From an uncultured Anaerolinea sp. (GTDB taxonomy: Bacteria > Chloroflexota > Anaerolineae > Anaerolineales > Anaerolineaceae): a stretch of 56,996 nucleotides of DNA. Under the pieces are notes generated by a model, which saw nothing but the letters and a program-made list of their open reading frames with translations, was not told the DNA's origin and did not search any database. Every line of letters begins with the position of its first letter. Position 1 is the stretch's first letter. Below are positions 27,419 to 37,207 of the stretch, in pieces. The position numbers and the translations under genes are program-made. Location: assembly GCA_964470275.1 (NCBI GenBank), contig CAYYBP010000001.1, positions 1 through 56,996 on the forward strand, in the 5' to 3' direction.

Positions 27419-27975
27419 GCCGCAGCTCCAGCTCCAGACCGGAACATCTAGACAATCCAGGCTCGCCTCAATCCGGCGAGCCTGTCTACTTGATGATCGG
27501 AAAGATGCGCCGCTCCCATGGCATCCATGGGGAGATGCAAATGGAAGTGATCACCGAGTTTCCCCAGACCATCAAACCGGGCAAGAATGTCTTCATTGGC
27601 GATGAAAAACGCGAACACACCATCGCCACCAGCCGTCCGGCAGCGAAGTTCCTGATCGTTTCACTTGAAGGGTTTCCAACGCGGGAATCTGTTGATGGGT
27701 TCAAGAATGAGTATGTCTATATTAAAGCTGAGAACCTCGCTGCACTTCCCCCCGGGAGACTGTATCAGCATGAGGTGATTGGCATGCAGGTAATGGACGA
27801 AGATGGGGGAATACTGGGGGAGGTCGTGGATATCCTCGTCACCGGGGCGAACGATGTGTACGTGGTGCGCGGGCAGAGCGGCGAAGAGCTCCTTCTTCCG
27901 GCGATTAAATCTGTGATACTCAGCATGGACAGGGAGTCAAAGACGATGATCGTGCGCCTGCAACAATGGGCATAG
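27415..27975 (+). CDS. rimM: 16S rRNA processing protein RimM
   Basis: IGKMRRSHGIHGEM (RimM N-terminal barrel) and a PRC-barrel C-terminus. ATGA overlap with the KH gene. An alternative start is MIGK at 27493. Confidence 0.88.
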   Translation: MSRSSSSRPEHLDNPGSPQSGEPVYLMIGKMRRSHGIHGEMQMEVITEFPQTIKPGKNVFIGDEKREHTIATSRPAAKFLIVSLEGFPTRESVDGFKNEYVYIKAENLAALPPGRLYQHEVIGMQVMDEDGGILGEVVDILVTGANDVYVVRGQSGEELLLPAIKSVILSMDRESKTMIVRLQQWA

Positions 27976-29093
27976 GGGTTCCCTTGGACGAAAAGAAATA
28001 CTGGGTGGGTCTTAACCTCGTAAAAGGCATTGGGGCGGTCAGGTTCCGGCAGCTGCTGGACGTGTTCGGCACCGCCGCGGACGCCTGGAACGCCCCGCTT
28101 TCCGCATATACCTCAACCGGTTTACCCCAAAAGATCATCGAAAACCTCGTCCGGGTCAAAGGTCAGGTTGATCTCGACCTGGTGATGGAAAAGATCGAAA
28201 AAAACAACATCCGCGTGATGACCTGGCAGGACGCGGATTACCCCAGAAGATTGAAGGAAATTGACCAATCACCCCCCGTTCTTTACATCCGCGGCTCTAT
28301 CCAGGTGGAAGACGATTGGGCGGTCGCCGTGGTGGGCACCCGCCGGGTGACCCCGTACGGCCGGCAGGTGGCTGTTGAGATCACCCGCTATCTTGCGCAG
28401 AACGGCGTCACTGTGGTCAGCGGGCTGGCGCGCGGGGTGGACGCGATCGCTCACCAAAGCGCGCTGACGGCTGGTGGCCGCACCCTGGCCGTGCTTGGCA
28501 GCGGGGTCGACGTCATCTATCCGCCAGAACACCGCAAACTGGCGTCCGATATCATGCAGAATGGCGCCCTGGTCAGCGATTACCCGCCGGGCACCCAGCC
28601 TGACGGCGTTAATTTTCCTCCGCGCAACCGCATTATTTCAGGTCTTTCGCTGGCTACCATCGTAGTTGAGGCGGGTGAAAAAAGCGGCGCGCTTATCACG
28701 GCTGAATTCGCCGTGGAACAGGGGCGCGATGTGTTCGCCGTCCCCGGCAGCATCCTCGCTCCGCAAAGTGAGGGCACCAACCGCCTGATCGAGCAGGGAG
28801 CCCGCCCCTTGCTCAAGATGAGTGATATCCTGGAGGTCTTGAAGCTGGAGCAGATCCCGGAAAAGCAACAGGCGCGCCGCATCAGCCCGTTAAACCCCGT
28901 CGAACAAAACCTGCTCAACCACCTCTCCACCGATCCGGTGCACATCGATGAGCTCAGCGGACGGACTGGATTGCCAATAAACGACGTTTCGGCTACACTC
29001 ACATTGATGGAACTCAAAGGACTGGTAGCGCAGGTCGGCGGGATGAATTACGTCGCCATGCGCGAGCAACAAGCCTACTATAAGGGTAACTGA
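27966..29093 (+). CDS. dprA: DNA-processing protein DprA (Smf)
   Basis: Rossmann-like core VVSGLARGVDAIAHQSAL..GGRTLAVLGSGVDVIYPPEH ... GALITAEFAVEQGRDVFAVPG, plus a C-terminal winged-helix region. Confidence 0.93.
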   Translation: MGIGVPLDEKKYWVGLNLVKGIGAVRFRQLLDVFGTAADAWNAPLSAYTSTGLPQKIIENLVRVKGQVDLDLVMEKIEKNNIRVMTWQDADYPRRLKEIDQSPPVLYIRGSIQVEDDWAVAVVGTRRVTPYGRQVAVEITRYLAQNGVTVVSGLARGVDAIAHQSALTAGGRTLAVLGSGVDVIYPPEHRKLASDIMQNGALVSDYPPGTQPDGVNFPPRNRIISGLSLATIVVEAGEKSGALITAEFAVEQGRDVFAVPGSILAPQSEGTNRLIEQGARPLLKMSDILEVLKLEQIPEKQQARRISPLNPVEQNLLNHLSTDPVHIDELSGRTGLPINDVSATLTLMELKGLVAQVGGMNYVAMREQQAYYKGN

Positions 29094-29094
29094 T

Positions 29095-30183
29095 ATGGCG
29101 GATCATTTTTACGCTGTGATCATGGCCGGCGGGGGCGGAACCCGCCTATGGCCGCTTTCCAGGAATAAAAACCCCAAGCAGATGCTGCAAATTTTCGGCG
29201 GCAGGTCGCTATTCCAGATCGCGGTCGACCGCCTGCTGGACAGGTTCACGCCCGCGTCCATTTACGTGGTGACGGTGGCGAGCCAGGTGGACGAACTGGC
29301 AAAACAGCAGCCCGCGATCCCCAGGAAGAATTTCCTCGTTGAGCCTCTTCCCCGGGGCACTGCCTCAGTTGTCGCCATGGCTTCAGCCGCGTTGCTCAAG
29401 AAAGACCCGCAGGCGGTATTGGCAGTTCTGACCGCTGACCACCTGATCAGCGACATTCCCTCATTCCTTGATGGACTGGAAGCGTCTTGCGCGATCGCCA
29501 ACCAGGGGTATATCGTCACGCTGGGCATCAAACCCTCCGCGCCGGCGACCGGGTATGGGTACATCCAGGGTGGTGAACTGCTGGGTGAATTCAATAGCAT
29601 ACCTGTTTACCGGGTTGAACGCTTCATTGAAAAACCAGATCTTGAAAAAGCCAGGCATCTCTGCGAGGACCCGAATGTGAGCTGGAACTCGGGCATGTTC
29701 ATCTTCCGCGCTGACCTGATGCGTAAAGAGATCGAAGCCTACATGCCCGCCCTGCATGAACACATCCTGCGGTTGCTGCCGCTCCTTGGACAGAACCACT
29801 CAGGCAGTTTATTCGCGGATGAGTGGGGGCGGATATCCGCGCAAACCATCGATTATGGCATAATGGAAAAATCCACCCGCACTGCGGTCATCCCGGTCGA
29901 CATCGGCTGGCAGGACGTGGGCAGCTGGGATTCGTTCTTTGAGGTTTACCCGCAGGATGAAAATGGGAATATCATCCTCAACGCCCGCCACATCGGCATC
30001 GACTCCATGGATACACTGGTTGTGTCTGACAAAACGGATCAACTGGTGGTGACGTTGGGTATAAAAAACTTGATTATCATTAATACTCGCGACGCGGTGC
30101 TGATCTGTCCGCGCGGCGAAAGCCAAAGGATAAAAGACCTGGTGAATTACTTGAAAGAGAACCATTACACCCTGTTCTTATAG
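29095..30183 (+). CDS. Mannose-1-phosphate guanylyltransferase-like nucleotidyltransferase
   Basis: VIMAGGGGTRLWPLSR signature, GYGYI, FIEKPD. It lacks a C-terminal PMI/cupin domain. Confidence 0.88.
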   Translation: MADHFYAVIMAGGGGTRLWPLSRNKNPKQMLQIFGGRSLFQIAVDRLLDRFTPASIYVVTVASQVDELAKQQPAIPRKNFLVEPLPRGTASVVAMASAALLKKDPQAVLAVLTADHLISDIPSFLDGLEASCAIANQGYIVTLGIKPSAPATGYGYIQGGELLGEFNSIPVYRVERFIEKPDLEKARHLCEDPNVSWNSGMFIFRADLMRKEIEAYMPALHEHILRLLPLLGQNHSGSLFADEWGRISAQTIDYGIMEKSTRTAVIPVDIGWQDVGSWDSFFEVYPQDENGNIILNARHIGIDSMDTLVVSDKTDQLVVTLGIKNLIIINTRDAVLICPRGESQRIKDLVNYLKENHYTLFL

Positions 30184-30194
30184 GAGCGCATACT

Positions 30195-32498
30195 GTGGAA
30201 GCCTATTGCGTCAAATGCAAAGAAAAACGGGAAATATCCGAAGCCAACGCTGAATTTAACGCCCTCGGCACGCCGGTGACTCGCGGCAAGTGCCCGGTGT
30301 GTGGCACAACTATGTACCGCATCGGGGAAACCCCGGCGCACGCGGGTATGGAAAAGCCCGTGCGGAGACACTCGCGCCCCCGCAGCGGGAAACTGGTAAT
30401 CGTTGAATCACCGGCCAAAGCCAAGACCGTCGGGCGTTTTCTCGGTAAGGGCTACACTGTCCGCGCATCGGTCGGGCATGTCCGCGATCTGCTGCGTTCA
30501 GAACTCTCAGTCGATGTGGATAACGATTTCACCCCGAAATACCGGGTACCGAACGAGAAACGACCGGTGGTGAAGGAACTCAAAGCCCTGGCCAAGGAAG
30601 CTGAAGAGATCTTCCTGGCGACAGACCCTGACCGCGAGGGGGAAGCCATCGCCTGGCACCTGCTTGAGGCAGCCCAGATAGATCCGAAGCTTTCGCACCG
30701 GGTGGTTTTTCACGAGATTACCGACCATGCCATCAACGAAGCTTTCGCCAATCCGCGTGAGATCAACATGGACCTGGTGGATGCCCAGCAGGCGCGTCGT
30801 GTGTTGGACCGCCTGGTTGGATACTCGATCAGCCCGGTGCTCTGGGAAAAGGTGCGCAGCAGGCTTTCAGCCGGGCGGGTGCAGTCCGTGGCGTTGCGTT
30901 TGATCGTGGAACGGGAACGTGAAATCGAGGCTTTTACCCCGGTAGAATACTGGTCGATCGGCGCGGAGCTCACGCCCCACGGCAAGAAAACAAAATACAT
31001 GACCAAACTTGCCAAGATTGATGAGAACGACCCGGATCTCTCCAATAAGGAAATTGTCGACGGCTACCTGGTTGAAATTGAAGAATCTCCATTTACGATC
31101 AGCCGCATCAAACGCAGTGAACGCCGCCGCAAGCCTTCCGCACCATTCATCACCAGCACGCTACAGCAGGAGTCCTCGCGCAAACTTGGGTACACCGCCC
31201 GCAAGACCATGATGATCGCCCAGCAGCTTTATGAAGGGTTGGATGTGGGAGAAGGCGGAGCGACCGGTCTCATCACGTACATGCGCACCGATTCAATTAA
31301 TATCGCTGAGGTCGCCCAGCAGGAAGCCAGGGACTTTATCAAGCAGGCATACGGTGGAGATTTTCTGCCCGAGACAGCTCCCGTGTATAAGACGCGCGCG
31401 GTCTCAGCCCAGGAAGCGCATGAAGCCATCAGACCGACCTCTGTTGTCCGGCAACCGGAAATAATTAAGGAATTCCTCTCTCCTGAGCAATTCAAGCTGT
31501 ACCAGCTCGTCTGGCAGCGGTTTGTTGCCTCTCAAATGGAATCAGCCGTGTATGACACCTTATCGGTTGAGGTGACCGCCGCTGGCAAGGACCACAGCTA
31601 TCTCTTCAGGGCGTCGGGGTCGACCATAAAATTCCCCGGCTTTCTGATCGTGTATGAAGAAGCGGCGGATGAAGATATCAAGGCGGATGAACCCGAAAAT
31701 ATCCGCATCCCGGCCGGTTTGGAGGAGGGGCAGAAACAGGAATTGATTCATCTCCTTCCGGAGCAGCACTTCACTCAACCGCCTCCAAGATACACCGAAG
31801 CGACCCTGGTGCAGGTGCTGGAAGAATATGGCATCGGGCGCCCATCCACTTATGCCCCGATCCTGTCGACTATTCAACAAAGAGGTTATGTGCTGAGAGA
31901 GGCCAAACGTTTATCACCGACTGAAACCGGAATCCTGGTGAACGACCTGGTGGTCGAGCACTTCCCGGATATTGTGGACCTCAACTTCACCGCCGGCATG
32001 GAAGCTGAGTTGGACCAGGTTGCCGCAGGCGACGAAAGCTGGAAAAAGGTAATCCGGGATTTCTACGTCACTTTTGAACCGGAGGTGAAAAAGGCGCAGG
32101 CTGAAATGCCTGTAACCAAAACCGAGCCGGAGAAGATCGGACGCGCTTGCCCGGAATGTGGCCATGACCTGGTGATTCGATGGGGAAGGTATGGCAAGTT
32201 CATCAGCTGCTCGAACTTCCCGGCCTGCCGCCATACAGAAGCCCTCCTGGAAAAAATCGGCGTGACCTGCCCCAAAGATGGAGGGGAAATCGTGCTGCGC
32301 AAGACGCGAAAAGGCCGCTTGTTCTTCGCCTGCGCCAATTACCCGAACTGTGATTTCACCAGTTGGAAACGCCCTGTTTCCACACCTTGCCCGAAATGCG
32401 GCGGTTTGCTGGTGCTCGCCAATAAGCGCGAGGTGCAGTGCTCGCAGTGCGAAGAGACCTTCATGATCGAGGACGTTGGGGTGGCGGTACCGGATTAG
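30195..32498 (+). CDS. topA: DNA topoisomerase I with an extra N-terminal zinc ribbon
   Basis: GTG start. Toprim KLVIVESPAKAKT, catalytic-Tyr region GLITYMRTDS, three C-terminal Cys4 ribbons. An N-terminal ~45-aa CxxC...CxxC module precedes Toprim. Confidence 0.96.
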   Translation: MEAYCVKCKEKREISEANAEFNALGTPVTRGKCPVCGTTMYRIGETPAHAGMEKPVRRHSRPRSGKLVIVESPAKAKTVGRFLGKGYTVRASVGHVRDLLRSELSVDVDNDFTPKYRVPNEKRPVVKELKALAKEAEEIFLATDPDREGEAIAWHLLEAAQIDPKLSHRVVFHEITDHAINEAFANPREINMDLVDAQQARRVLDRLVGYSISPVLWEKVRSRLSAGRVQSVALRLIVEREREIEAFTPVEYWSIGAELTPHGKKTKYMTKLAKIDENDPDLSNKEIVDGYLVEIEESPFTISRIKRSERRRKPSAPFITSTLQQESSRKLGYTARKTMMIAQQLYEGLDVGEGGATGLITYMRTDSINIAEVAQQEARDFIKQAYGGDFLPETAPVYKTRAVSAQEAHEAIRPTSVVRQPEIIKEFLSPEQFKLYQLVWQRFVASQMESAVYDTLSVEVTAAGKDHSYLFRASGSTIKFPGFLIVYEEAADEDIKADEPENIRIPAGLEEGQKQELIHLLPEQHFTQPPPRYTEATLVQVLEEYGIGRPSTYAPILSTIQQRGYVLREAKRLSPTETGILVNDLVVEHFPDIVDLNFTAGMEAELDQVAAGDESWKKVIRDFYVTFEPEVKKAQAEMPVTKTEPEKIGRACPECGHDLVIRWGRYGKFISCSNFPACRHTEALLEKIGVTCPKDGGEIVLRKTRKGRLFFACANYPNCDFTSWKRPVSTPCPKCGGLLVLANKREVQCSQCEETFMIEDVGVAVPD

Positions 32499-32572
32499 GC
32501 ATAATTATTGCAACATATCCTGTGTAGGTTATGAGAGATTCCAGCCTACAATCACGATTGCAGGAGCTTATC

Positions 32573-33736
32573 ATGGACAGGATAGTTGCGAAGCTGAAAG
32601 AATTAATCCAGAAACCACTGTATGCCGCCATCGCGGGTTTTGTGGTGGGTCTGATCATTGGTCTGCCGGTGCTGGGGTGGGGTTTATGGCCGGTAAAATG
32701 GAAGGACGCTGACGCGAGTTTTTTGCGGCAGGATCTCAAAGAACAATACCTTTGCATGGTTGTTGATTCATACAGCCTGAACAAGGATGCCAACCTGGCA
32801 TTGTCACGGCTGGAATCAATGAACAGCGAAATCAAAGACGATCTTTCTGTCCTCGATACACTGCAAAAAGGTGGATGCAACTACGCTGCGAGTGATCCGA
32901 TTGTGATGGAATTGAAGACAGCCTTGCTCGCTGCAGCTCCGGCGACCCCGGTCGTGGGGGACCAGGAAACAGCAGTTCCCCAGCCTACGCAGACTCCCGC
33001 TGCTGGAAAACAAAAGAATACAGCCCTTTTGCTTACCCTCCTGTGCGCGTTATTCTTGTTGATTGGCGGAGCGCTGGCTTATATTTTCCTGATCAGAAAT
33101 CGGCGCAACCGCGAGGATGTTCCCCCGCCGCTTGAAGAAGATATCGATTACATCGAGGAAGAAGTCGCCGAGGAATCAGAAGAGCCTGTTATGGCTGAAA
33201 CCCCTGAGGAGCTGGATATCGAGGAATCCCTTGACGTTCCTGTCTATCCAGTCCCACCTGTTACCCCAATAATGAGTGTTTCACCCAAGGTATCCTCCTC
33301 GATTTCAGGTGAGTCAGCGGCTCATTTTATCACCACGTACGTGATCGGCGATGACCTGTACGATGACAGCTTCAGCATTGATGCGCCGAATGGGGCTTTC
33401 CTCGGCGAATGTGGTGTTGGGATTTCAGACACGATCGGTGTGGGAGATCCGAAAAAGGTGACCGCTTTCGAGGTCTGGCTGTTCGATAAAAACGATATCC
33501 AGACCGTCACAAAGGTTTTGATGAGTTCACACGCCATGAACGATGGTGCTATCAAACAGCGCCTGGCTTCCAAGGGTGAACCGATCCTGGTAGAACCTGG
33601 CCAGCAGATCCTGCTGGAGACCGCCACCTTGCAGCTTGAGGCTAAAGTGTTGGAATTGGTTTATGGCCAGGGAGCAATGCCTTCGGGAAGCTTTTTTGAG
33701 CGCATGACGCTCGAACTGACAGTATTTCCGAAGTAA
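32573..33736 (+). CDS. Uncharacterised two-TM membrane protein with an acidic linker and a conserved-looking C-terminal domain
   Basis: Start taken at MDRIVAKL (AGGAG 7 nt upstream); the ORF track starts at 32531. TM1 is AAIAGFVVGLIIGLPVLGWGLW and TM2 is ALLLTLLCALFLLIGGALAYIFLI. These are followed by a D/E-rich stretch and a ~170-aa C-terminal domain. Confidence 0.7.
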   Translation: MDRIVAKLKELIQKPLYAAIAGFVVGLIIGLPVLGWGLWPVKWKDADASFLRQDLKEQYLCMVVDSYSLNKDANLALSRLESMNSEIKDDLSVLDTLQKGGCNYAASDPIVMELKTALLAAAPATPVVGDQETAVPQPTQTPAAGKQKNTALLLTLLCALFLLIGGALAYIFLIRNRRNREDVPPPLEEDIDYIEEEVAEESEEPVMAETPEELDIEESLDVPVYPVPPVTPIMSVSPKVSSSISGESAAHFITTYVIGDDLYDDSFSIDAPNGAFLGECGVGISDTIGVGDPKKVTAFEVWLFDKNDIQTVTKVLMSSHAMNDGAIKQRLASKGEPILVEPGQQILLETATLQLEAKVLELVYGQGAMPSGSFFERMTLELTVFPK

Positions 33737-33746
33737 TCGCAATATA

Positions 33747-33781
33747 CAAAAAAAATCCGGGGAGACCCGGATTTTTTTTTA
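33747..33781. terminator. Strong bidirectional intrinsic terminator
   Basis: A9-ATCCGGG-GAGA-CCCGGAT-T9 between the end of the plus-strand ffh-to-topA run and the end of greA. Confidence 0.85.
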
Positions 33782-34246
33782 CTTAATGGCCAGGATCTTA
33801 AATTTGATCTCACCGCCTGGGGTGATGGCGGTGATGATATCACCGACCCGTCTGCCAAGCAAAGCATCACCGATCGGGGAGTCGTATGAGATGCGTCCGC
33901 TGCGCGAGTCTGCCTCCTGAGGACCAACGATGAAGAAAGTTTCCTCGGGTTCACCGCCTTCCTGGATGGTCACGGTTGAGCCTATTTCTACCACGCCCAG
34001 GTTTGAGCGGTTGTCATCGATGATCACCACATCCCGCAGCACCCTGGTGAGCTCCTGGATGCGTCCTTCCAGGAAAGCCTGCTGCTCTTTGGCTGCGGAG
34101 TAGTCCGCGTTTTCAGAGAGGTCGCCCATTTGGATGGCAGCTCTCAGCCGTTTCGCGAGTTCATCTCGGGCGGGACCCTCCAGGTGTTTTAGTTCGGCGC
34201 GTAATTTTTCCGCACCTTCTTTGGTAAGGTAAGAAGGTTGTTTCAT
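33779..34246 (-). CDS. greA: Transcription elongation factor GreA
   Basis: MKQPSYLTKEGAEKLRAELKHL... coiled-coil N-terminus and the FKBP-like C-terminus (VSYDSPIG-type: ISYDSPIGDALLG). Start at ATG 34246 with GGAG upstream. Confidence 0.93.
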   Translation of the reverse strand: MKQPSYLTKEGAEKLRAELKHLEGPARDELAKRLRAAIQMGDLSENADYSAAKEQQAFLEGRIQELTRVLRDVVIIDDNRSNLGVVEIGSTVTIQEGGEPEETFFIVGPQEADSRSGRISYDSPIGDALLGRRVGDIITAITPGGEIKFKILAIK

Positions 34247-34275
34247 TGAGACTCCATTCAAGTGGTGATTATAAC

Positions 34276-35427
34276 TTACGGCAGCAGCAGGGGATCGAAT
34301 AATTTCTGGTATTCATCCACCGCGAACCGGTCGGTCATACCAGCAAGGTAATCGCAAATTGTCTTTTCCTTCCCTTTTTGATCGATCTGCTCCTGGAATT
34401 GAACCGGAAGCATGGTGGGTTCATTATTATACGCGTTGAATAATTCAGTAAGCACTCTTTCCGCTTTTTTCTGCATGCGTACAACGCGGTAATGCCGGTA
34501 CATGTTGCTGTAAAGGAAGCTTTTTAGTGAGCGGTTTTTCTCTCGCATGTCTTCATCAAAACCGACGACGTTGTGAGGAAGCCTTTGCAATTCCTCAAGC
34601 GTCTGCGCGCCGCTGGCTTCCAGGTGTTTGATCGTGCTGGAAATCATGCTGTTAACCTCTAATCCGATCAATTCGCGGATGACCTGGTGCCGTTCGAGAT
34701 CATCCAACTGACAGGAAGCGATTTTGGATTGGTCGACCACCATTTTCCATAACTCAATATCCGCCAGCATGTCGGTGGTGATCATCCCAGAGCGTAAACC
34801 GTCGTCAAGATCATGAGAAGTGTACGCCAGTTCATCGGCGACGTTGGTGATTTGCGCCTCAAGGTGGCCGCGCAGGTGCGCGTCGAATTCAAGTGCGTCG
34901 GTCTTGTCGTATTCCGTCTCGTGCTTGACGATGCCCTCCAATACCTCCCAGGAAAGGTTGAGCCCGGGGAAATCGGGGTACCGGTGTTCGATTTCGGTGA
35001 CAATTCGGTACGAGTGATGGTTATGATTGAAACCGCCGTGGTCTTTCATCAGGAGGTTCAGGATCGATTCGCCGGAGTGACCGAATGGCGGGTGGCCAAG
35101 ATCGTGCGCCATGCAAATCGTCTCAACCAGGTCTTCGTTCGCCCCCAGAGCACGCGCAATTGTCCGCCCGATCTGGGTCACTTCAAGTGTATGGGTCAGA
35201 CGGGTGCGGTAGTAATCGCCCTCGTAGTTGATGAAAACCTGGGTTTTGTATTCCAGCCTGCGAAAAGCGCTGGTGTGCAGGATGCGGTCTCGGTCGCGCT
35301 GGAAACAGGTGCGATATTCCGGTTCATTTTCAGGGTATTTACGCCCTTTTGACCGGCTGGCAAAAACCGCGTAAGGGGCGAGCGTTTTCTCTTCAATCGT
35401 CTCGAGGTATTCTCTACCGTATCTCAT
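34276..35427 (-). CDS. dgt: dGTPase-like HD-domain deoxynucleoside triphosphate triphosphohydrolase
   Basis: RTRLTHTLEVTQIGRTIA ... MAHDLGHPPFGHSGE ... DRFAVDEY. Confidence 0.88.
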   Translation of the reverse strand: MRYGREYLETIEEKTLAPYAVFASRSKGRKYPENEPEYRTCFQRDRDRILHTSAFRRLEYKTQVFINYEGDYYRTRLTHTLEVTQIGRTIARALGANEDLVETICMAHDLGHPPFGHSGESILNLLMKDHGGFNHNHHSYRIVTEIEHRYPDFPGLNLSWEVLEGIVKHETEYDKTDALEFDAHLRGHLEAQITNVADELAYTSHDLDDGLRSGMITTDMLADIELWKMVVDQSKIASCQLDDLERHQVIRELIGLEVNSMISSTIKHLEASGAQTLEELQRLPHNVVGFDEDMREKNRSLKSFLYSNMYRHYRVVRMQKKAERVLTELFNAYNNEPTMLPVQFQEQIDQKGKEKTICDYLAGMTDRFAVDEYQKLFDPLLLP

Positions 35428-35440
35428 CGTGTTCTTCCTT

Positions 35441-36241
35441 TCAAGTCATTCCTATCCTGGTACCTGATGTTCCACCGGATAATAGGCGATAAATGTTCTC
35501 TTCAATAAATCCTGTGAAGATGATCACTTCTGAGCAATGACCATTTGCAACAAGGTTTATCATGCTGAGCACCTTGCTGCGCATGCCACCGGTGACATCC
35601 GTGCTGGCCGACCCACCCAGGTATTGGGGGATCTCATCACGATCGGCCGGGTCAATCCGTTCTATCAGGGTATTGCGTGATGGGAAGTCCATCCATACGC
35701 CTGGTTCGATTCCAGCAAGTAAAATGCGATGTGGATTGAGCTGCCTCGCCAGGTAATCGAACTGCTCCTCGGTTGAGAGAATCGTCGCTCCGATCTGATG
35801 GTCAAAGACGACATCTCCATAAACGACCGGCACAATTCCGTGCTCGAGTGAAGAAGTGATCGGTCGAAGATCCCAGGAGCTGATCACTTTATTGGTGGTG
35901 TGGATCTGCGCGCTTGGAGGGAACGCGATGGCTGGAATACCCTGCCCGGCAAACGCGTTCATGACAAGGGTATTCAACGCTTTTGCTTCACGCCATACTT
36001 CAACGAGGCCATTCCATTCTTCAGGGCTGTATACGCCATCCCTGGTCCGGTACCTGGCGGCAGGGACATGACCGAAGGATCCAGAACCGTGCCCGAGCAG
36101 CAGTTGAAGATCTGGTTGTTCTCTCAATGCACGGGCGATCTCGCTGCATATGCGGTCGAGCACCTGCTGCCTGGCGGTGTGGGGAGTGTCTTTATCGGTG
36201 ATCAGCGCGCCGCCGAGTTTGAGAAAGACGAGGCGCTTCAT
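35441..36241 (-). CDS. Isopentenyl phosphate kinase (amino-acid-kinase fold)
   Basis: VFLKLGGALITDK and GHGSGSFGH signatures. 266 aa. ATGA overlap with mvk upstream. Confidence 0.78.
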   Translation of the reverse strand: MKRLVFLKLGGALITDKDTPHTARQQVLDRICSEIARALREQPDLQLLLGHGSGSFGHVPAARYRTRDGVYSPEEWNGLVEVWREAKALNTLVMNAFAGQGIPAIAFPPSAQIHTTNKVISSWDLRPITSSLEHGIVPVVYGDVVFDHQIGATILSTEEQFDYLARQLNPHRILLAGIEPGVWMDFPSRNTLIERIDPADRDEIPQYLGGSASTDVTGGMRSKVLSMINLVANGHCSEVIIFTGFIEENIYRLLSGGTSGTRIGMT

Positions 36242-37200
36242 GAGGAGGTTCCACTGCCTGCAGGAATGGTCGTGACGATGGTTTGGGTTGCCCCGTTTGC
36301 CAGCAACGCATTGGCGACCGCTTCAGCCAAATCAGGTTTCACAAGCGCGATGATATTCCCTCCGACGCCCCCACCCGAGAGCTTTGCGCCACTGGCTCCG
36401 GCCGCTAGAGCTGCGTAAACCAGCTGGTCAAGTCTCTGCGATGATACGCCCATCTGGCGCAGCAGCTGGTGATTTTCACTTAACAAATCTCCGTTAGTGA
36501 TCAGTGAGTGTTTTTCCAGAATGTCGGCAACCTTTAAGGAGATTTCTCCGATGCGGTTGAAATAACCTTCGTAGGTTTCAGGGTCTGCCGACCAGCGTTC
36601 CCGCACACCCGTTACTGCATCTGCTGTGGAGCTTTGAACACCTGAATCCGCGATAACCAGGTTCAGGTCATTGGCGATGTGTAATTTTCGCAATCCGCCG
36701 GATTTTTTGAACAGGACCGGTGCCTGGTACGTGATGACCGTGTTATCGATGCCGGAGGGCGTACCGTGATGGATCTTCTCCACCTCATACGCGATGCGGT
36801 TGACGGATTCATCATTTAGCGGATGGCCCAGGAAATCGGCCACAGCCCGTACCAGCGATATCGCGACCGACGCGCTGGATCCAAGACCGGCGGCAACCGG
36901 GACCGAGCTGCTGATGCGGATCTCACAAGCAGGCAAGGACAATACCCCAAGTTCGTCTAAAACCAACTGAACCGCTGTGCGTAGAGGGTTTTCCGTTGTT
37001 AAAGCTGCGAGGTCACAGTCCAACCCAATTAGCGGAGCGATCAGTCTCACATCCCCCGCCGAAGCAAAGGGGCGTGCAAAAACCGCTGTGCGGGTAAAAA
37101 CCTGGAATACCGGCAGCGCGATGGCCGGAGCGCCGTAAACAACCGCATGTTCACCACAGAGAATGATCTTGCCGGGTGCTTTTCTGGAAATGGCTGGCAT
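36238..37200 (-). CDS. mvk: Mevalonate kinase (GHMP kinase)
   Basis: APGKIILCGEHAVVYG N-terminal motif, GLGSSASV motif II, KLSGGGVGG motif III. Confidence 0.85.
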   Translation of the reverse strand: MPAISRKAPGKIILCGEHAVVYGAPAIALPVFQVFTRTAVFARPFASAGDVRLIAPLIGLDCDLAALTTENPLRTAVQLVLDELGVLSLPACEIRISSSVPVAAGLGSSASVAISLVRAVADFLGHPLNDESVNRIAYEVEKIHHGTPSGIDNTVITYQAPVLFKKSGGLRKLHIANDLNLVIADSGVQSSTADAVTGVRERWSADPETYEGYFNRIGEISLKVADILEKHSLITNGDLLSENHQLLRQMGVSSQRLDQLVYAALAAGASGAKLSGGGVGGNIIALVKPDLAEAVANALLANGATQTIVTTIPAGSGTSS

Positions 37201-37207
37201 GGTTTCT

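Noticed and set aside
34276-35427. dGTPase as a possible nucleotide-depletion defence gene.
   Set aside because: It is a standard-length Dgt-like HD protein sitting inside a housekeeping operon between ipk and greA. I saw no mobile or defence-island context.
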